A DNA stretch of 64,000 bases from the NCBI RefSeq assembly GCF_009914755.1, contig NC_060933.1; one strand, given 5' to 3'. Below are positions 39,527-53,362 of this stretch, piece by piece. Each line of letters starts with the position of its first letter. The stretch's first letter is position 1. The notes beneath the pieces are model-generated. The model was given only the letters and a program-made list of their open reading frames with translations, ran no database searches and was not told the DNA's origin. Position numbers and translations under genes: made by a program. The stretch is from the human T2T-CHM13v2.0 reference genome, Homo sapiens.

Positions 39527-41474
39527 TATAGAAGGAAAACAGCTATAATGTAGAATTTTATATCCAAATGAAATGCTGTTGAACATTGAGAGCATTTTAA
39601 AAAATATTCCCAGACTCATCCTCCCTCAAGTGGTTTGCTACCCAAAGCAGGGTACTAAAAACATTTTTAGAGAAATTATTCAAACAAGAAATTCAAATAT
39701 AGATGATATGTCAAGAACTATCAGATGTACAAATCATCTGATGTCATAATAAAATTTACTGTTATTCATTAATTTTCTTTTAAATAAATGTTTTATTGTT
39801 GTTTCACACCCCTAAAAAATATACAAATCATAAACATAGATCTCAATGGGTATATCATAATAAACATTCAATGGATATTATAAAATTAAAAAAAGTAAGC
39901 TACTATTTTGCAATAAACATAAATAACCATGCAGGTTAGGGAATTAGCTATTACTGACAACCCAGAATTCTCCTAAACTCATTCCTAGGATAATACTTGC
40001 CTACCTTTTCCAGGTAACTAATGTCCCGACTTTCAACAATTTTCTCATAATGCTTTCTGGGTTTTCATTTTCAGATTTTGTATTCTAGTTAGAAAATTAA
40101 TTCCTGTATAATTGATGTTTCTGATGTATTGTTAGAGGTATCTTTTTTTTTCAAATTTCAATTTTAGAAGTTCTTCTTTCCTTAAAAAAGAAATGCAATT
40201 GATTTCAAATATTATCTTATAGGCACATACCTTGTAAATGTATTCATATAAGAGTTTATCTGTAAATTGTTCATTTTTTTGGTGAAAAATTATCTTAATT
40301 ACTTCTCCTCAAGTTCTTATATCTTTTTTATTTCTTCTTTACTTTCTCACTAGCAATTTTGTCAGGTGTAAGGTTGAACAAAGTTGATCATAGTCAGTAT
40401 CATTTTCTCATTCCCAATGTCAGTAGGAAAATGTTCAACACTTTGCCATTACAGAGGTGCTCATCACAGTCATTTTGGAGGTAGCCTTTAATAATTTAAA
40501 TATTTTTTCATCATTGCAACTTAGGTAATAGGCTTTGTCACTCATAGACTTTGGAGTTTTTTTTTTTAGTTATAGAGAATGTCATATGATTTTTGGCTTT
40601 TATTCTGTTAAGAAAAACACACTGCAGTTTTAAAATTTTGAATATTAAAACACGTTCATTCCTGTAACAAGCCCAACCTATGTTTGTGGTTTACATATTG
40701 CGGAGTTTTATGTATAATATTTAAATTATTTTTAGCTAGGTTGTAAGAGAGACTGGACTGTTACTGTCTTTTCTTCTAATGTCCTTGTCACATTTCTATG
40801 TTAAAATTATCGGTAACCTTATAAAACAAGCTGAGAAATTTTTCAATAGGGGAAATATGTAAGTAATGTTAGTTTTCTTTCCTGTTAATATGTTTTGGAG
40901 AATTCTCTAGTGAAACATCTGGACCTAGAACTTTTGTACATATATGAGAAAAAGTTATTTATTATGGATTTTAAAAATAGTTACAGGAATATTCCGATTT
41001 TTATGTCTTCTCATGTCAGTTTTGGTAAGTGACTTTTTCAAGTTTTTTACAAATTTTATTGAAACTGTCAAATATGTACTGCAATAATGTAGCTCATAAC
41101 TTTGAATTTCTTTCTTCTGTAGGATCAGTAGTAATACCTTTTCTTTTTATATTACTGTGCTCCCTCCCTCCCTCTCTCTCTCTCTCACACTTTTTTTTGG
41201 TCTCTGAATTTTGTAAAAGATTATTTTAACATTATTACAAGGAAAAACTTTTGGCTTTTTTTTTGATCCCCTTGATTATGTGATTCTTTTTGAATGTATT
41301 ATTTTCCATTAATATCTCTTGTATGACTTCTATTTTCATTGGATTTGGTTTACTGTTTGGTTTTCAGCTTCTTTAAATGTACCATTTTTAAGCATGTTCT
41401 ATTTTCAACCTGTGGGTATTTGGACTACTGGCATTTAATCTTTTATTCTTTGCAATATCACCATTAAGGCTATA

Positions 41475-41690
41475 GTTTTTTTAAAAAAATCAATAGCTTT
41501 AGGGCTAAAGGGTTTTTGGTTACATGGTTTATTGTATTGTGGTGAAGTCTGGGCTTTTAATATAGTCATCACCTGAATAGTGTACCCTGTACCCACTAGG
41601 CAAGTTTCCATCCCTCACTCCTCTGTCACCCTCCCCGCTCTGAGTCTCCAATGACCATTTTACCATCTGTATGACTTTGTGTAACCAAGG
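41475..41690 (-). mobile_element. L1PB3/4-like 3' end fragment
   Basis: GGTTTTTGGTTACATGG...GTGGTGAAGTCTGGGCTTTTA...CATCACCTGAATAGTGTAC. Confidence 0.75.
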
Positions 41691-41741
41691 ATATCCATTT
41701 TCTTGAGTTTCAATATGTCATACATTTATTCTCATTTTCTT

Positions 41742-42050
41742 TCTTTTTCTTTCTTTTTTTTTTCTTTTGAAGACGGAGTTTCACTCCGTCCCCCAGGCTG
41801 GAGTGCAGTGGCGCGATCTCGGCTCACTGCAAGCTCCGCCCCCCTGGGTTCATGCCATTCTCCTGCCTCAGCTTCCCGAGTAGCTGGGACTACAAGCGCC
41901 CGCCACCACGCCCAGCTAATTTTTTGTATTTTTAGTAGAGACGGGGTTTCACCGTGTTCGCCAGGATGGTCTCGATCTGCTGACCTTGTGATCACCCGCC
42001 TCGGCCTCCCAAAGTGCTGGGATTACAGGCGTGAGCCACCGCGCCCGGCT
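41742..42050 (-). mobile_element. AluY
   Basis: AluY diagnostics; TSD TTATTCTCATTTTCTT. Confidence 0.96.
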
Positions 42051-43455
42051 TATTCTCATTTTCTTAAAATATTTTCTAATTTCCATTGAGACTAATTTTG
42101 TGACTTGTGAATTATTTAGGAATATGTTGCTTGATTTTAAAATATTTGTGGATTAAGTTGTCCTTTTGTAAATGATTTCTAACAGTTTAACTGATGTCAG
42201 AAAATGTATTATTTCTATTTTCAATTATGAAAATTTGTCACGGCTTGATCTATGACACAATATAGAGCATTTGAATAAATATTAAATGTGCATTCACATT
42301 ACATATTCAATTTTAAGTTTATCGAGTTTAATATTATGCTATATATATCAATTAGATCAAATTTGCTAATAGAGATATCTAATTCTTTATTATTCTTAAT
42401 TACATTTTTTTCTACTTCTTCCAACCGTGTAAGAAAAGTGGGCAAAAGTCCCCAGTATGATATGGATGCATTATATTTCTCCCATTATTACATTAATACA
42501 AATTTTAAATTGTCACATCATGGTATACTGCTCATTTTATCATTTTGAAAGGTATTCTTTTGTCTTAGTACTGCTTCTTGCCACTAAATTTATTTCATCT
42601 GATGTTAGTACATCTATCTCAGCTTTCTTTTGGTTATGTCAGCCTAACAGACCATTTTTACATTTTTTTTTTCAGACTTCCTCAGTTCTTATTTTTAATA
42701 AAACACATTCAATTACTTTTAAAATTCATTTTAGATATTTTTATTAGCCGAAGTATGAAAATCATTTATATTTAACTCAAGATATTTTGATTGTGGTCTA
42801 CCACTTTGCTATTTTTCCATCTGTTGTATTTTCGACTTGCTCTTTCTTGCCTTTTTTCTCAATTAAGCATTTTTTTCTCCAATATGCCCTTATAATCTCC
42901 TATAAGTTTAAGTATCTTTTGATTTTGCCCTAGATATTATTTCATGATTCCTTGACTTATTAGTGTCTGAGTATAAAGTAAAATTTTCATTACTTTTCTT
43001 AGACTATGAAGATCTTATAATACTTTTGATATTTTGTTAGGTAGTTTTGTTGATATTTATTTTAAATTTTATATGATGGATTTTATTTATATAGTCACTA
43101 TTTATTTAGATTTATCCAGATGTTTTGTCCTTTCTTTTCTTGATTTCATTTCTAAATTTCTACATTTACATGTAAAATAATTTTTCTTCTGCTTGAAAGA
43201 CATTATTATTTCATTTGGTGTAATGTATAAATGATATAGATAGTTCCCTTATTTTTTGTTTTCCTGAACATGAATTTATTTTTTTCTCATATTCCATAAT
43301 ATTTTATTAGGAATAAAATTCTAGTTACCAGTTGGCTTCCATTTGAGAAGTCATCCCTAAGTCATATTGCCACTTTTTGAAGGTAATATGCTTTTTCCTA
43401 GAACTATTTTTGAGATAGTCTCTTTGTCGTTAATTCTCTAATATGAGCTATGTAG

Positions 43456-43936
<481 letters not shown>

Positions 43937-44399
43937 TAACTCTAACTCTGTTTTTTGGAGGGTTATCTAAGGTGTGTTACAGATCATATTCATATAATCA
44001 GTGATTAAGCTGGTTTGAGACCAAACTGCAATTATTGTGAATTATAATCTATTTATTTCCATTAATATTCCTAAACCTTTGAAGTGTCAAATGAAGCCTG
44101 GGGTGTATAAATCGGCCTTTCTCATTGATAAGTCTTGAGCCATATATTTTATTCTCTTAAAACTATAAGACTATGAATATTTCTGCTTAGGTTTTTGGTC
44201 TATCAATAGCCACATACATGTGAGAAAATCTTTCATGGGTCAAGGGATAGTCCATATTGTTCTCAATTCTCTGAAGTGCTGTTTTCTTCGGTATTTTAGC
44301 CCTGTAATCTTTAATGCCTTGGAATATTTTTGATACCTCCATGCATATTTTATACAATTTTCATAAGAAGAGAGTTGAGTAGAGAGTCAGTTTATAGTT

Positions 44400-45560
44400 T
44401 AGAGAAAAGAGAAAAACAAGGAAAAAAATAGAATGCAAATTTTAAAACAAAAGCAATTCAGAATTGAAATTATAGAAATTATCTATATAATGAGAAAGAT
44501 GAAATTGAAATCTAAGAAACACATGACTATGACAAAGCAAATGTATCTTTAGATACAATATACAGATATCAATAGTTTAAGAAAGTAATATTTATTTTCT
44601 TATTTAAAATGTTAAGATAATTACCACAGAGATAAATTTAAATACTTGTTAAACTAATATAGTGAGCTGTTCTATAGACAAACAATAGAAGAAATGGGGA
44701 AAGGAAACAAACTAAAAATGTGAGTAAATGTATAATATGATGTAAATTGGCCGAACTAAGTTAAATGTAACAATAATGACAATAAATGCAAATAAGTTAA
44801 AAGCAGTAATTAAAGGATCCTGACTTTTATAAATTTTTTAATAAGAGCCAAAACATGTTGTTGACATAAGTTAAAATTTAAAAGAAAATATATATGTATA
44901 TAACTACTAACATTAAAATTATTTTATAACACACCAGGCTTAAATACTAAAAAGCTAGAGGGGCAATATTTACATGACAACATGACATAATATAATTTAA
45001 GGTAAAAATATGTACATTGAAATACATTTATTATTAAAGATTAAAATTATACGAGCTCTATTTTTCAATTAAAAATTGGAGAAAGAGCAGTGGAGGAAAC
45101 CCAATAGAAATAGTTAATGAACAAAAATCTTTAAAGCAACAACAAAGAATGTTAATCTAACCAAAAGTTAGTTTTTGAGAAAACATTTAGGATACAGAAA
45201 CCTGTGGAAGGTTAACCAAGACAATAAGAGAGACTGTGTAATATGCACAATTAAAAAATTTTAAGTATTAAAATAGCTTCATTGTAATAAATGTGAATGC
45301 TAGAGATGGAAAGATGTAAGGACTGTAACAACTAAGATGTATTAATAATAGGAACTAAAGATAAAGAATATAGGATTTTACAGGAAGTATCTAACAATCA
45401 TTTCAATATTTATTTCTTAGTCTATTAAAGATCATTCCTTCAAATCCTCAGATAAGTAAATTCTATCAGAATTTTAAGAATCTGTTATTTATTATGCTAC
45501 TTCTGAATATAGAAAAACAAATTGCCTAGCTAAGGCTAGCATATGTTTTATTCCAAAATC
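44400..45560 (+). mobile_element. Degenerate L1ME-type sense fragments
   Basis: A-rich; ORF2-start-like ATAATGACAATAAATGCAAATAAGTTAAA and AAAGCTAGAGGGGCAATATT. Confidence 0.5.
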
Positions 45561-47435
45561 AAGTAGGTAGCAGTAATTACTCTTAAAATAATATTTATGC
45601 CAGCAAAAGAGCACATCATTTTGTCCGACAATTTGTATGAGACAGCAAACTGTTTTAGTCAGGGGTTTGAGCTAGATATAGATTTTATCGTGATTATCAT
45701 TACCTTCAGTCCACACAGGCTTCAAATTCCTATAGGAATGGCTGATGTTGGCTGGGTTTAAGGTGGGTCCTGGGGTGCTGGAGGATTTTGTTTAGTACCT
45801 CTGTTCCCCTCTCAGCTTTCAGCATCCTTACCTTCCTGCACCGCCGAGGTGTTCTCTGTCTTTCCTCTTTCCCTTACTCAATACGTAGACAGCTGATGCT
45901 TATTATTTGGTATCAGGCTTGGCATAGGGGTAAAAAGTGGGGTGTTTTATGTTGCCCTGTCTCAGCCTCATTCAATCTTAGGTATGTCCTGTGTGAAAAA
46001 AGTCCAAGTTTTCATTCCTTTTTGTCTTTTTGTTATGTTGGTTTTAGACTACTGTCATTGAATTAAGCTGAATTTTTTTTTTTCTCAAAATGGGGCATTC
46101 TTAGTGTTCTTGCATTGTGTCCAACTCATCTATGACAATGAAACTCTGTCTTGGATCTGTGGTTGGTTTTGGGTGGAAATATTTACCACTCTATAGTAGT
46201 TAAAGGCTTCTTCTTGTTATTGGTATAGAATCTTAGCCACAACTGTTTCCTAGCACTCTTCCAAAGATATAGGATGCATTCTTCCACTTGTTCCCAAGCC
46301 TCAGTGCATCTTTGCCTGTGATTAGTGGAAATGACAGTTGTGCTGTCTCTTCTATAGTGGCTTAAAGCTTTGCTTCCTAAGAAAGAATGTTCTGGGGTAG
46401 TGGGCAAGGCTTTTTGCCAGTCCCCCAGCAGCAACTGATTATTACCCGAAGCCTGCACTATGCAGCAGGGTCTCTCTCATCTTCTGCCCAGTTCCCAGTC
46501 TTTCCCTTCAACAGACAAAGTTCCGTGTAAAAGAGTTTAAGAAATGACCATTTCTTGTGCCTGAGGCCTCCTGCTATTCTAAACTTACAATTTACCCACA
46601 TTTAGCCTTTAAGAATTTATTAAAGTTTAGCTGATTTCTTATATGATTATATGGTGACTTCCTCTTCATTTTTTGATTGGTCAAAGATGAAACTCATTTT
46701 GTGTCCTTTCCATCCTTGAGGGCTTGTCCCTCTCTGGAACCAGTTTACTTGGTTGCCATGCAACTTCATCTCTGATGGGCTGAAAACAACTTATGACTTT
46801 GTAGATAATTCAAATATTTCTCACCTTAAGGGTGGGAGCATCATTCTTTTCACCTTTCTACATCCTAATCAGAAGCTGAAAATCACACTGAGTTTTTAGA
46901 AATTACTCTTCCAAGCTGCAAAATATTAAGAATTTCCATTTTAAATCTTAGCAGAAAAAAATTACTCTAGTTGGAGTTTCACCAAATAATCTTGTAAAAT
47001 TTGAAGTTTTCTTGAGAGACACCTGCCTTCATCTGGTGTGAATTATGAAAACCTTAGTTACACTTGGAAGAGTAAATCCTTACAAATCAATATATTTAAC
47101 ATTGGTAAACAGACAAGCAATAAAAATAAATTATAAAGAAACAACAAAAATAAATCATTTAGATATCTAACATGATATATATGAGGATTTATCAAATTTT
47201 ACCTCATGGTTTAATAATTTCTTCAAATTAAAGAGAATACCTTAACACTAATCTGCCTTTAACAAATAAAATTTATTGCTTATAGTTCATACATGTTGTC
47301 TTATTAATGCATTAGAAAAAACCTTTTAGTATAATTTTAAAAATTATTTAAAAAATATTTAAGTATGTTTCAACAGAATTGGTACCTTTTATAATACTGT
47401 GCTTTCCTTTATGCATTTTCAAAATTGTGTTGAAT

Positions 47436-47890
47436 TAGAAATCAATAAAATTAAAACCAAAAAATAAATAGAAAAAAACTGATGAAAGAAAAAAGCTAGT
47501 TATTTGAAAACATCAATAATATTGATAAACTTCTATCAAGATTAACTAAAACAAATAGAGATGACATAAATTATTAATACCAGAAATGAAAGAGAGGACA
47601 TCATTAGTGATCCCATGTACATTAAAGGATAGTAAAGGAATATTATGAACAACTTTATGCACAAAAATTTAATGACGAGGGTGAAATGTACCAATTCCTT
47701 GAAGGACACAATCAACCAAAACTCACATGAGGAGAAATAGATAATCTGAACAGGCCTTTATCTATTAAAGAAACTGAATTAATAATTAATACCCTGCTAA
47801 ATAGAAAGCACCAGGGCTAGATAAGTTCACTGCTAAATCTTACCAAACATTTAATCAGGAAATTATATCGATTCTGCACAATCACTTCCA
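47436..47890 (+). mobile_element. L1M ORF2 fragment
   Basis: GGAATATTATGAACAACTTTATGC...CAATTCCTTGAAGGACACAA...AAAGCACCAGGGCTAGATAAGTTCACTGC. Confidence 0.85.
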
Positions 47891-49679
47891 ATAATAAAAG
47901 TAAAAACAAGTTATTCTGGAAAGAGGGACCATGGCACAAGAAATGTTTGGCACAGCACAACCAGTCCCCAGAGACCAAAGCTAGGCCATATCTTCAAAGC
48001 CCAGAGTGTGCATAGCCTGAGTCAAGCTGAAGGAAGGAATAAAAAAAAATGAGGAGAAAGTCAGGGAATATATGATGAAGCAAAATCTTTATGTCTGATG
48101 TTCTCAGAATGAATAAAATTATAAAATGCAAAGTGCATATATCACAGTTTCAGAAGCAATATTGGTCCAACTGCTGATTTTCTAAAATGGAGAACAGATC
48201 AACCTCTACACAAACTGATAGTGAGGCAGAATATCCTGGTCTTCTTATTGTAAGAGAAGAAAACGTCTTTCATGGAAGTAACAGTGAAAGAATCCGTTAT
48301 CAGAACATAGGACAGAACGTTTAGGGGTATTTTCCCTGCAGGCACTAATTAGATATATATCATAAGAGCTATGAGCACACAGGTTTACTATCAGTGAGGC
48401 TGAAGCAGTGTAATTTCTGGGAATTATAGGCATGACACACATTTGTGACAAATAAAAGACAATACAGATTAAACTGCTAGATCTAATGTCAACCTGTTTT
48501 TTGTAGAAAGCCTAGGGATAACTGCCCAAGGTAAATTTTTACAATATGAGCACCTAGTATTTCCAGGGACTTCTTTACTCCTTTCCACATTGCTTTTTTG
48601 ATGTATGACACTTTGATTTTGTCTCCGATACAATGACCACAGCATAAAGAATTAGTGCCAGTAAAGTTAGATTATAAAATCAAAAATTTGACTAAGACCA
48701 TAGGAAATAAATCAATAGAATTACAAGATGTAGATTTTAAAATTACTTGGTAAGAACTTGCTTAACTCAAAATACAAGTACAAAATGATATATCAGACAG
48801 GAGTCAGACAGGGGAGCAAAGTTAGTAATGTGTTTTATGGGATAAAGGACTTATTAAAGGAATTAGATATGTAGAGCTGTACAAGTAGCTGGGAAACTCA
48901 AGGTCTGAAAGGGAAGTTCAAGAATCAGAGGACCTCTCACTAACAAGTCAATATGAAATACCAAACATATCTCTTTATGTAAGGGTTGCTCCTGGGATGC
49001 CCTTTGAGAGGCTGTGATTTTGTGTAGCTACAACCTCTGTTGATTCACATCTAAGAATCTTTTGGTGAGTCTTGGGCTGCTGTTGATGGACAGAGGCAAC
49101 AGTAGGCAAAGGTGTTGAACGTGGAATAGAGCAGATTTAGGACAGGTTGCAAGCCGGCTGGAACCTCTGCATTGATCCGATACTGCATTTGATTATGATG
49201 ACCTTCAGAGAATAAGGGCCACCACCTTACTTCCTTTTTCCTAGTTACGTACAAGTTCCTCTTTTGGATAATACAGAGAAGGACATCTTGAAAAAAAATG
49301 TACTTTTTTGCCTACTCAAGATGACACAATGCAAAACACCACAAATAATTACCAGAATTGAGGAAAATAAGAATTTTCTTTCTCATGAAAAGTTTAGTTG
49401 GGAAAGGTGTTCTAGAATAGCCACATTGGATGGGAGGGTAGCAATGTTTCTCCACTCAGGTGAGGGGAGAGTATTTATAAAGCTCGATGAATATCTCCAA
49501 AATTTAGGAGTGGCACAGGAGTCTGATGTTTAATTAATTATTTTCCAGAATTAGAGTAAAAGACAAAGGCTGATAAGCTGTTTTGCTGGTAAATTAAAGA
49601 ACAGCTGCTAATACATTTAGATTGTCAATTTCATGGGTTTGTGACCACTGTAGTTGTATAAGAACCCACATTCAGTGGA

Positions 49680-50085
49680 TCCTTCAAAACTTTACTGTTA
49701 CTGTCTTGAAATCCTTAATAATTTTATCTTTGAATTTGTGTTTTGTAAGTGAACTCTGATGGGACAATGGAGCATGAGCCAGGAGCATGGGGCCTCAGCT
49801 CACATGTGATCTCACCTTTTGCCATCTTGCTCCCCCACTGATACCTAGAGACCACTACACCACCTCTTACCCAGCAGGGGTCTGAGGCCAAATACAAGGA
49901 GACTCAGGGTCATATCCTGAGTAATTTTGAGAGCTCTGTGAGCATCCCTGTTTCCAAGGCAGAGTGAAATTAAGAGCAAAGAAAAAACATCATGACAGGT
50001 CAAGAAAGAAACCATAGGAAAAAAAATTCTATTATATTTTCTTTTGTTTGTAAAAGGGATCCTGCAAATTAAGTAGCTGACCTGG
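49680..50085. mobile_element. hAT-Tip100-like DNA transposon remnant (MER91/ORSL-2-like)
   Basis: GTCTTGAAATCCTTAATAATTTTATCTTTGAATTTGTG and terminal CCTGCAAATTAAGTAGCTG. Confidence 0.45.
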
Positions 50086-50244
50086 GGTTTCACTTTCTGG
50101 ATTTCAGGGCCCACGAATGCATTACCTTTTAACCCAGATCGGAAATGATCCACATGAGCAATGAAAGATGGCAGATGGCTTGAAGCCAAGTGTGCTTTAA
50201 GAACACTTGGGTGGGATTCCATTGCATGGAATGAACTTCTAGAA

Positions 50245-50473
50245 CAGGGGTGTTCAATCGTTTAGCTTCTCTGGGCCACACTGCAAGAAGACGAATTGTC
50301 TTGGGCCACATATAAAATGCACTAACACTAACGATAGCTGACAAGCTAAAGAAAAAAAAAATCACCAAAAAAAATCCCATAATGTTTTTAAAAGTTTACC
50401 AATTTCTATTGGGCCTCATTCAAAGCTGTCCTGGACTGTGTGTGGCCTTTGGGCTGTGGGTTGGACAAGCTTA
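50245..50473 (+). mobile_element. MER30 (hAT-Charlie MITE)
   Basis: CAGGGGTGTTCAATC...GGTTGGACAAGCTT with 8-bp TSD TTCTAGAA on both sides. Confidence 0.92.
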
Positions 50474-53269
50474 TTCTAGAAAGTGAAAAGTTTCATGGGA
50501 ATTGACAGTTGTAGATTAAATGATCACTTACTATCAGTTAAGAAAGAAATTTCTCTCTTCATTACCACTCCTATTTCCAGACTTCAGTCCTAGAGTGGTC
50601 AGTAGAAGCAGTTATCCAATAGGAGAGGGGGTAAGTAAGGTGAAAACTGCTGAAAAGGAAAAGAAACCAAGAATGACCCCTTCCCACAGCCTACAGATGA
50701 AAGAGGTAGGGGAGAAAACATATCTGAATTATATTTTAATTAAAATATAGAAATTCATATTATAATTTCTGAAATAAAATTGTGGTTTACAACATAATAT
50801 AACTATCTGTTAAATACCAATAACCAAAAGAAGTCATGAAAGCTGCTAGATTTTTTTACAGATCTGGAAACTTTTCCTGAATACATATTTAAAGAACTAC
50901 AGAAGACAAAAATGAAATTGCATTGAATGACAATTAGAGACAAGTTTGTTCTTTCGAAAAAATTGGATATTTGCTTTGTAATTTTCACCAATTTTATTTT
51001 CCTGAATTATTTCTATTTTTAATGTAGAAACAAAAGTATCTGAGATGGGTCTAAGATATCAGAGAATTATCTGTATTTGTATTGAGATATATCAAAATAT
51101 AATGTTAATATGATTTGTCACTGAACTATATGATAACTCAGTCGTACTTCTGTCTTTTAAAATTGGCTACAGTTAAACTTCAATCTGTCAATAAAGTAAA
51201 AGCTACCAAAGTGGGAATTCTAAAATTATAACATGTGATAAAATCTCAGGGAGAAGTTTTGGATTCTGTTGTTTTTATTTTCTGCCATTTGTGCCGATTT
51301 GAGCGGTAACTGACCTCATGAAACATGGAAGTATTATTTATGTACAAGGAACTGACCCCTGAGAAATTGAAGGTCAGCACTAAAATAAAAATGTAGGGGG
51401 AAATGCAACTAATAAAATGTAGGAAAAAAAATGTGAACAGAAAATATAATAAACCTACATGGTGGTGCTTACGTAGATAAAACTGAAAGAGGATTGTAAA
51501 TAGAACTGTAAGAATGGATTTGTCTACCATTTATTATATTTTGTTAAAAATAAAGAAATTCAATTTACAATATTGAATTTTACTAGACTTTCTGGTTTGA
51601 AAAGCTAGAGTTTCTTTTTCCTTTCAGAAGGCTTGTATTCAGGTAATACTGATGAAGAGAATCCTCAAGACCTTTACACTCTGGGTCAGTTCCAAGATGG
51701 CTGAGAGCTGTTTCAAACAACCAAAAAACAACTTGATAGGATTGACAATTTCATGTTTTTTAATAAGTGTTGAATGAGACTGCTAACTACAATCAGCAGA
51801 TATACATATGTGGTGTCATAGATGTTAGGTTTTCAAAAATAAAGAATGTGTTAGAAAAATGCCTGCAAATCATTCGAATGTTACAACCTTTTAAAAAAAA
51901 TCTGGCTGTTGAGTGCAGACTGTGCTGTTTCACCTTTTATTACAAAGACTCAGTGAATGAAACATATTTGATAGCTTGGTAATAGAAGAAAAATTTGTAT
52001 TTAAATGAGGACAGAAGACACTGGGCTGGAATTGATATGATTATGCCACAATTGATGAGTCATAACTAATGACAAAGTCTAGAGCTCAGGAAGCAAATCT
52101 GACAACGGGAGTGAGAGGAATGCAATCAGCACACTGGGAGGAAGGCAGGTGCATGCCCACAGGTCGTGCCACAGAGGGGTACTTAGCACAACACTTGCTC
52201 CTCATTGTGTATCTCTTGGTTTCTAAGCAAAGGTCTTTGGGGAGAAAAGATGTTATTAAATACTATAAAACTGAAACAAAAATAAAATTGAGCCTAGCTA
52301 GGCACTTGAAAATATACTAGTCTGTGACACAGTAAAAGAAAAATCATGTGGATAGGCAACAGATAGTTTTGGAAATTTAAAACTCAGGTTTTGTTTTATG
52401 TCTTCATATATGATGCTGAGGTAACAGATATAAAATTAGGAATTTGTCAGCAATAGCTCCTCCTGCCTTTATCATATGTTTTAAATGATTTAACAGTGAC
52501 ATTTTATTGTATTTTCTTTTTTATTGAGATTCATTTCCTATCTTGTCTAATATTCTCCTATTCTCCTGATAGTTTACACACAATTATCACAAAACACTAG
52601 CAGTTCCATTAATTTTGTCTTCACTATCCTCAGAGACTTTCTGAGGAAATAATAATATTGTTTCTTTTATCTTTATCTCTGGAGCTTAGTAGGGTACCTT
52701 GCCCATTGTAGTTGAGAAATGATAAATAGGAATGACTGAAAAAAAATACATTTGAAAACAGCTTGAACATAAGAAGAAGCTTGAGATATTTATAATATGG
52801 ACACTTGTTTTTTTCCTAAAGCAAAGCTATTACTATTAGTTAGAGATTATGTAGATTTTAATTTCTTTATAGAAGACAAAATAAAACTAGTAGATTAAAA
52901 AAGTTAGTTTCTGCCACTATTCTTCCCCCAACAAGATATCTGGGGACTGAGTTCCAAAATGAGCAAAGAAAGATTCAAGGACCAAGACTGGTGGAATCCT
53001 CTCACTCCAGTATTCTTAGAGTCTTGCTTAGGCTTGAAGCATAACACTGTTGTCACATCACTTGACAATGCATTTACGGAATAAGATTCAGTGAGAAAGA
53101 ACAAACAAGAAGTGATTATATCCTTTAAAGAGCTTTCTCAGAGGCATCGGCTAGTATCTTGTTTGCTTCTCATTTGCCAGAGTTGCATCAAGTAGCTTCT
53201 CCCAACTGCTCAGGAAATTGGGAAGTATAGTTTTCTCAACATTTTCATACCACCACAAACACTCCCAAG

Positions 53270-53362
53270 AATGTTCATAAGCAGTCTGTAATACACAGGA
53301 CACGTCCCAATGACCAAGAATTATCTGGTCTGAAATATCAATAGTGGTGAGGTTGAGAAAAC
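53270..53362 (+). mobile_element. MER20 fragment
   Basis: CACAGGACA...AAGAATTATCTGGTCTGAAATATCAATAGTGGTGAGGTTGAGAAA. Confidence 0.7.

Noticed and set aside
48188-48325. 45-codon ORF MENRSTSTQTDSEAEYPGLL...
   Set aside because: Short, no recognisable homology, no convincing splice context
51612-51650. Possible micro-exon TTTCCTTTCAG|AAGGCTTGTATTCAG|GTAATA
   Set aside because: Isolated 15-nt candidate, expected by chance in AT-rich DNA; no partner exons
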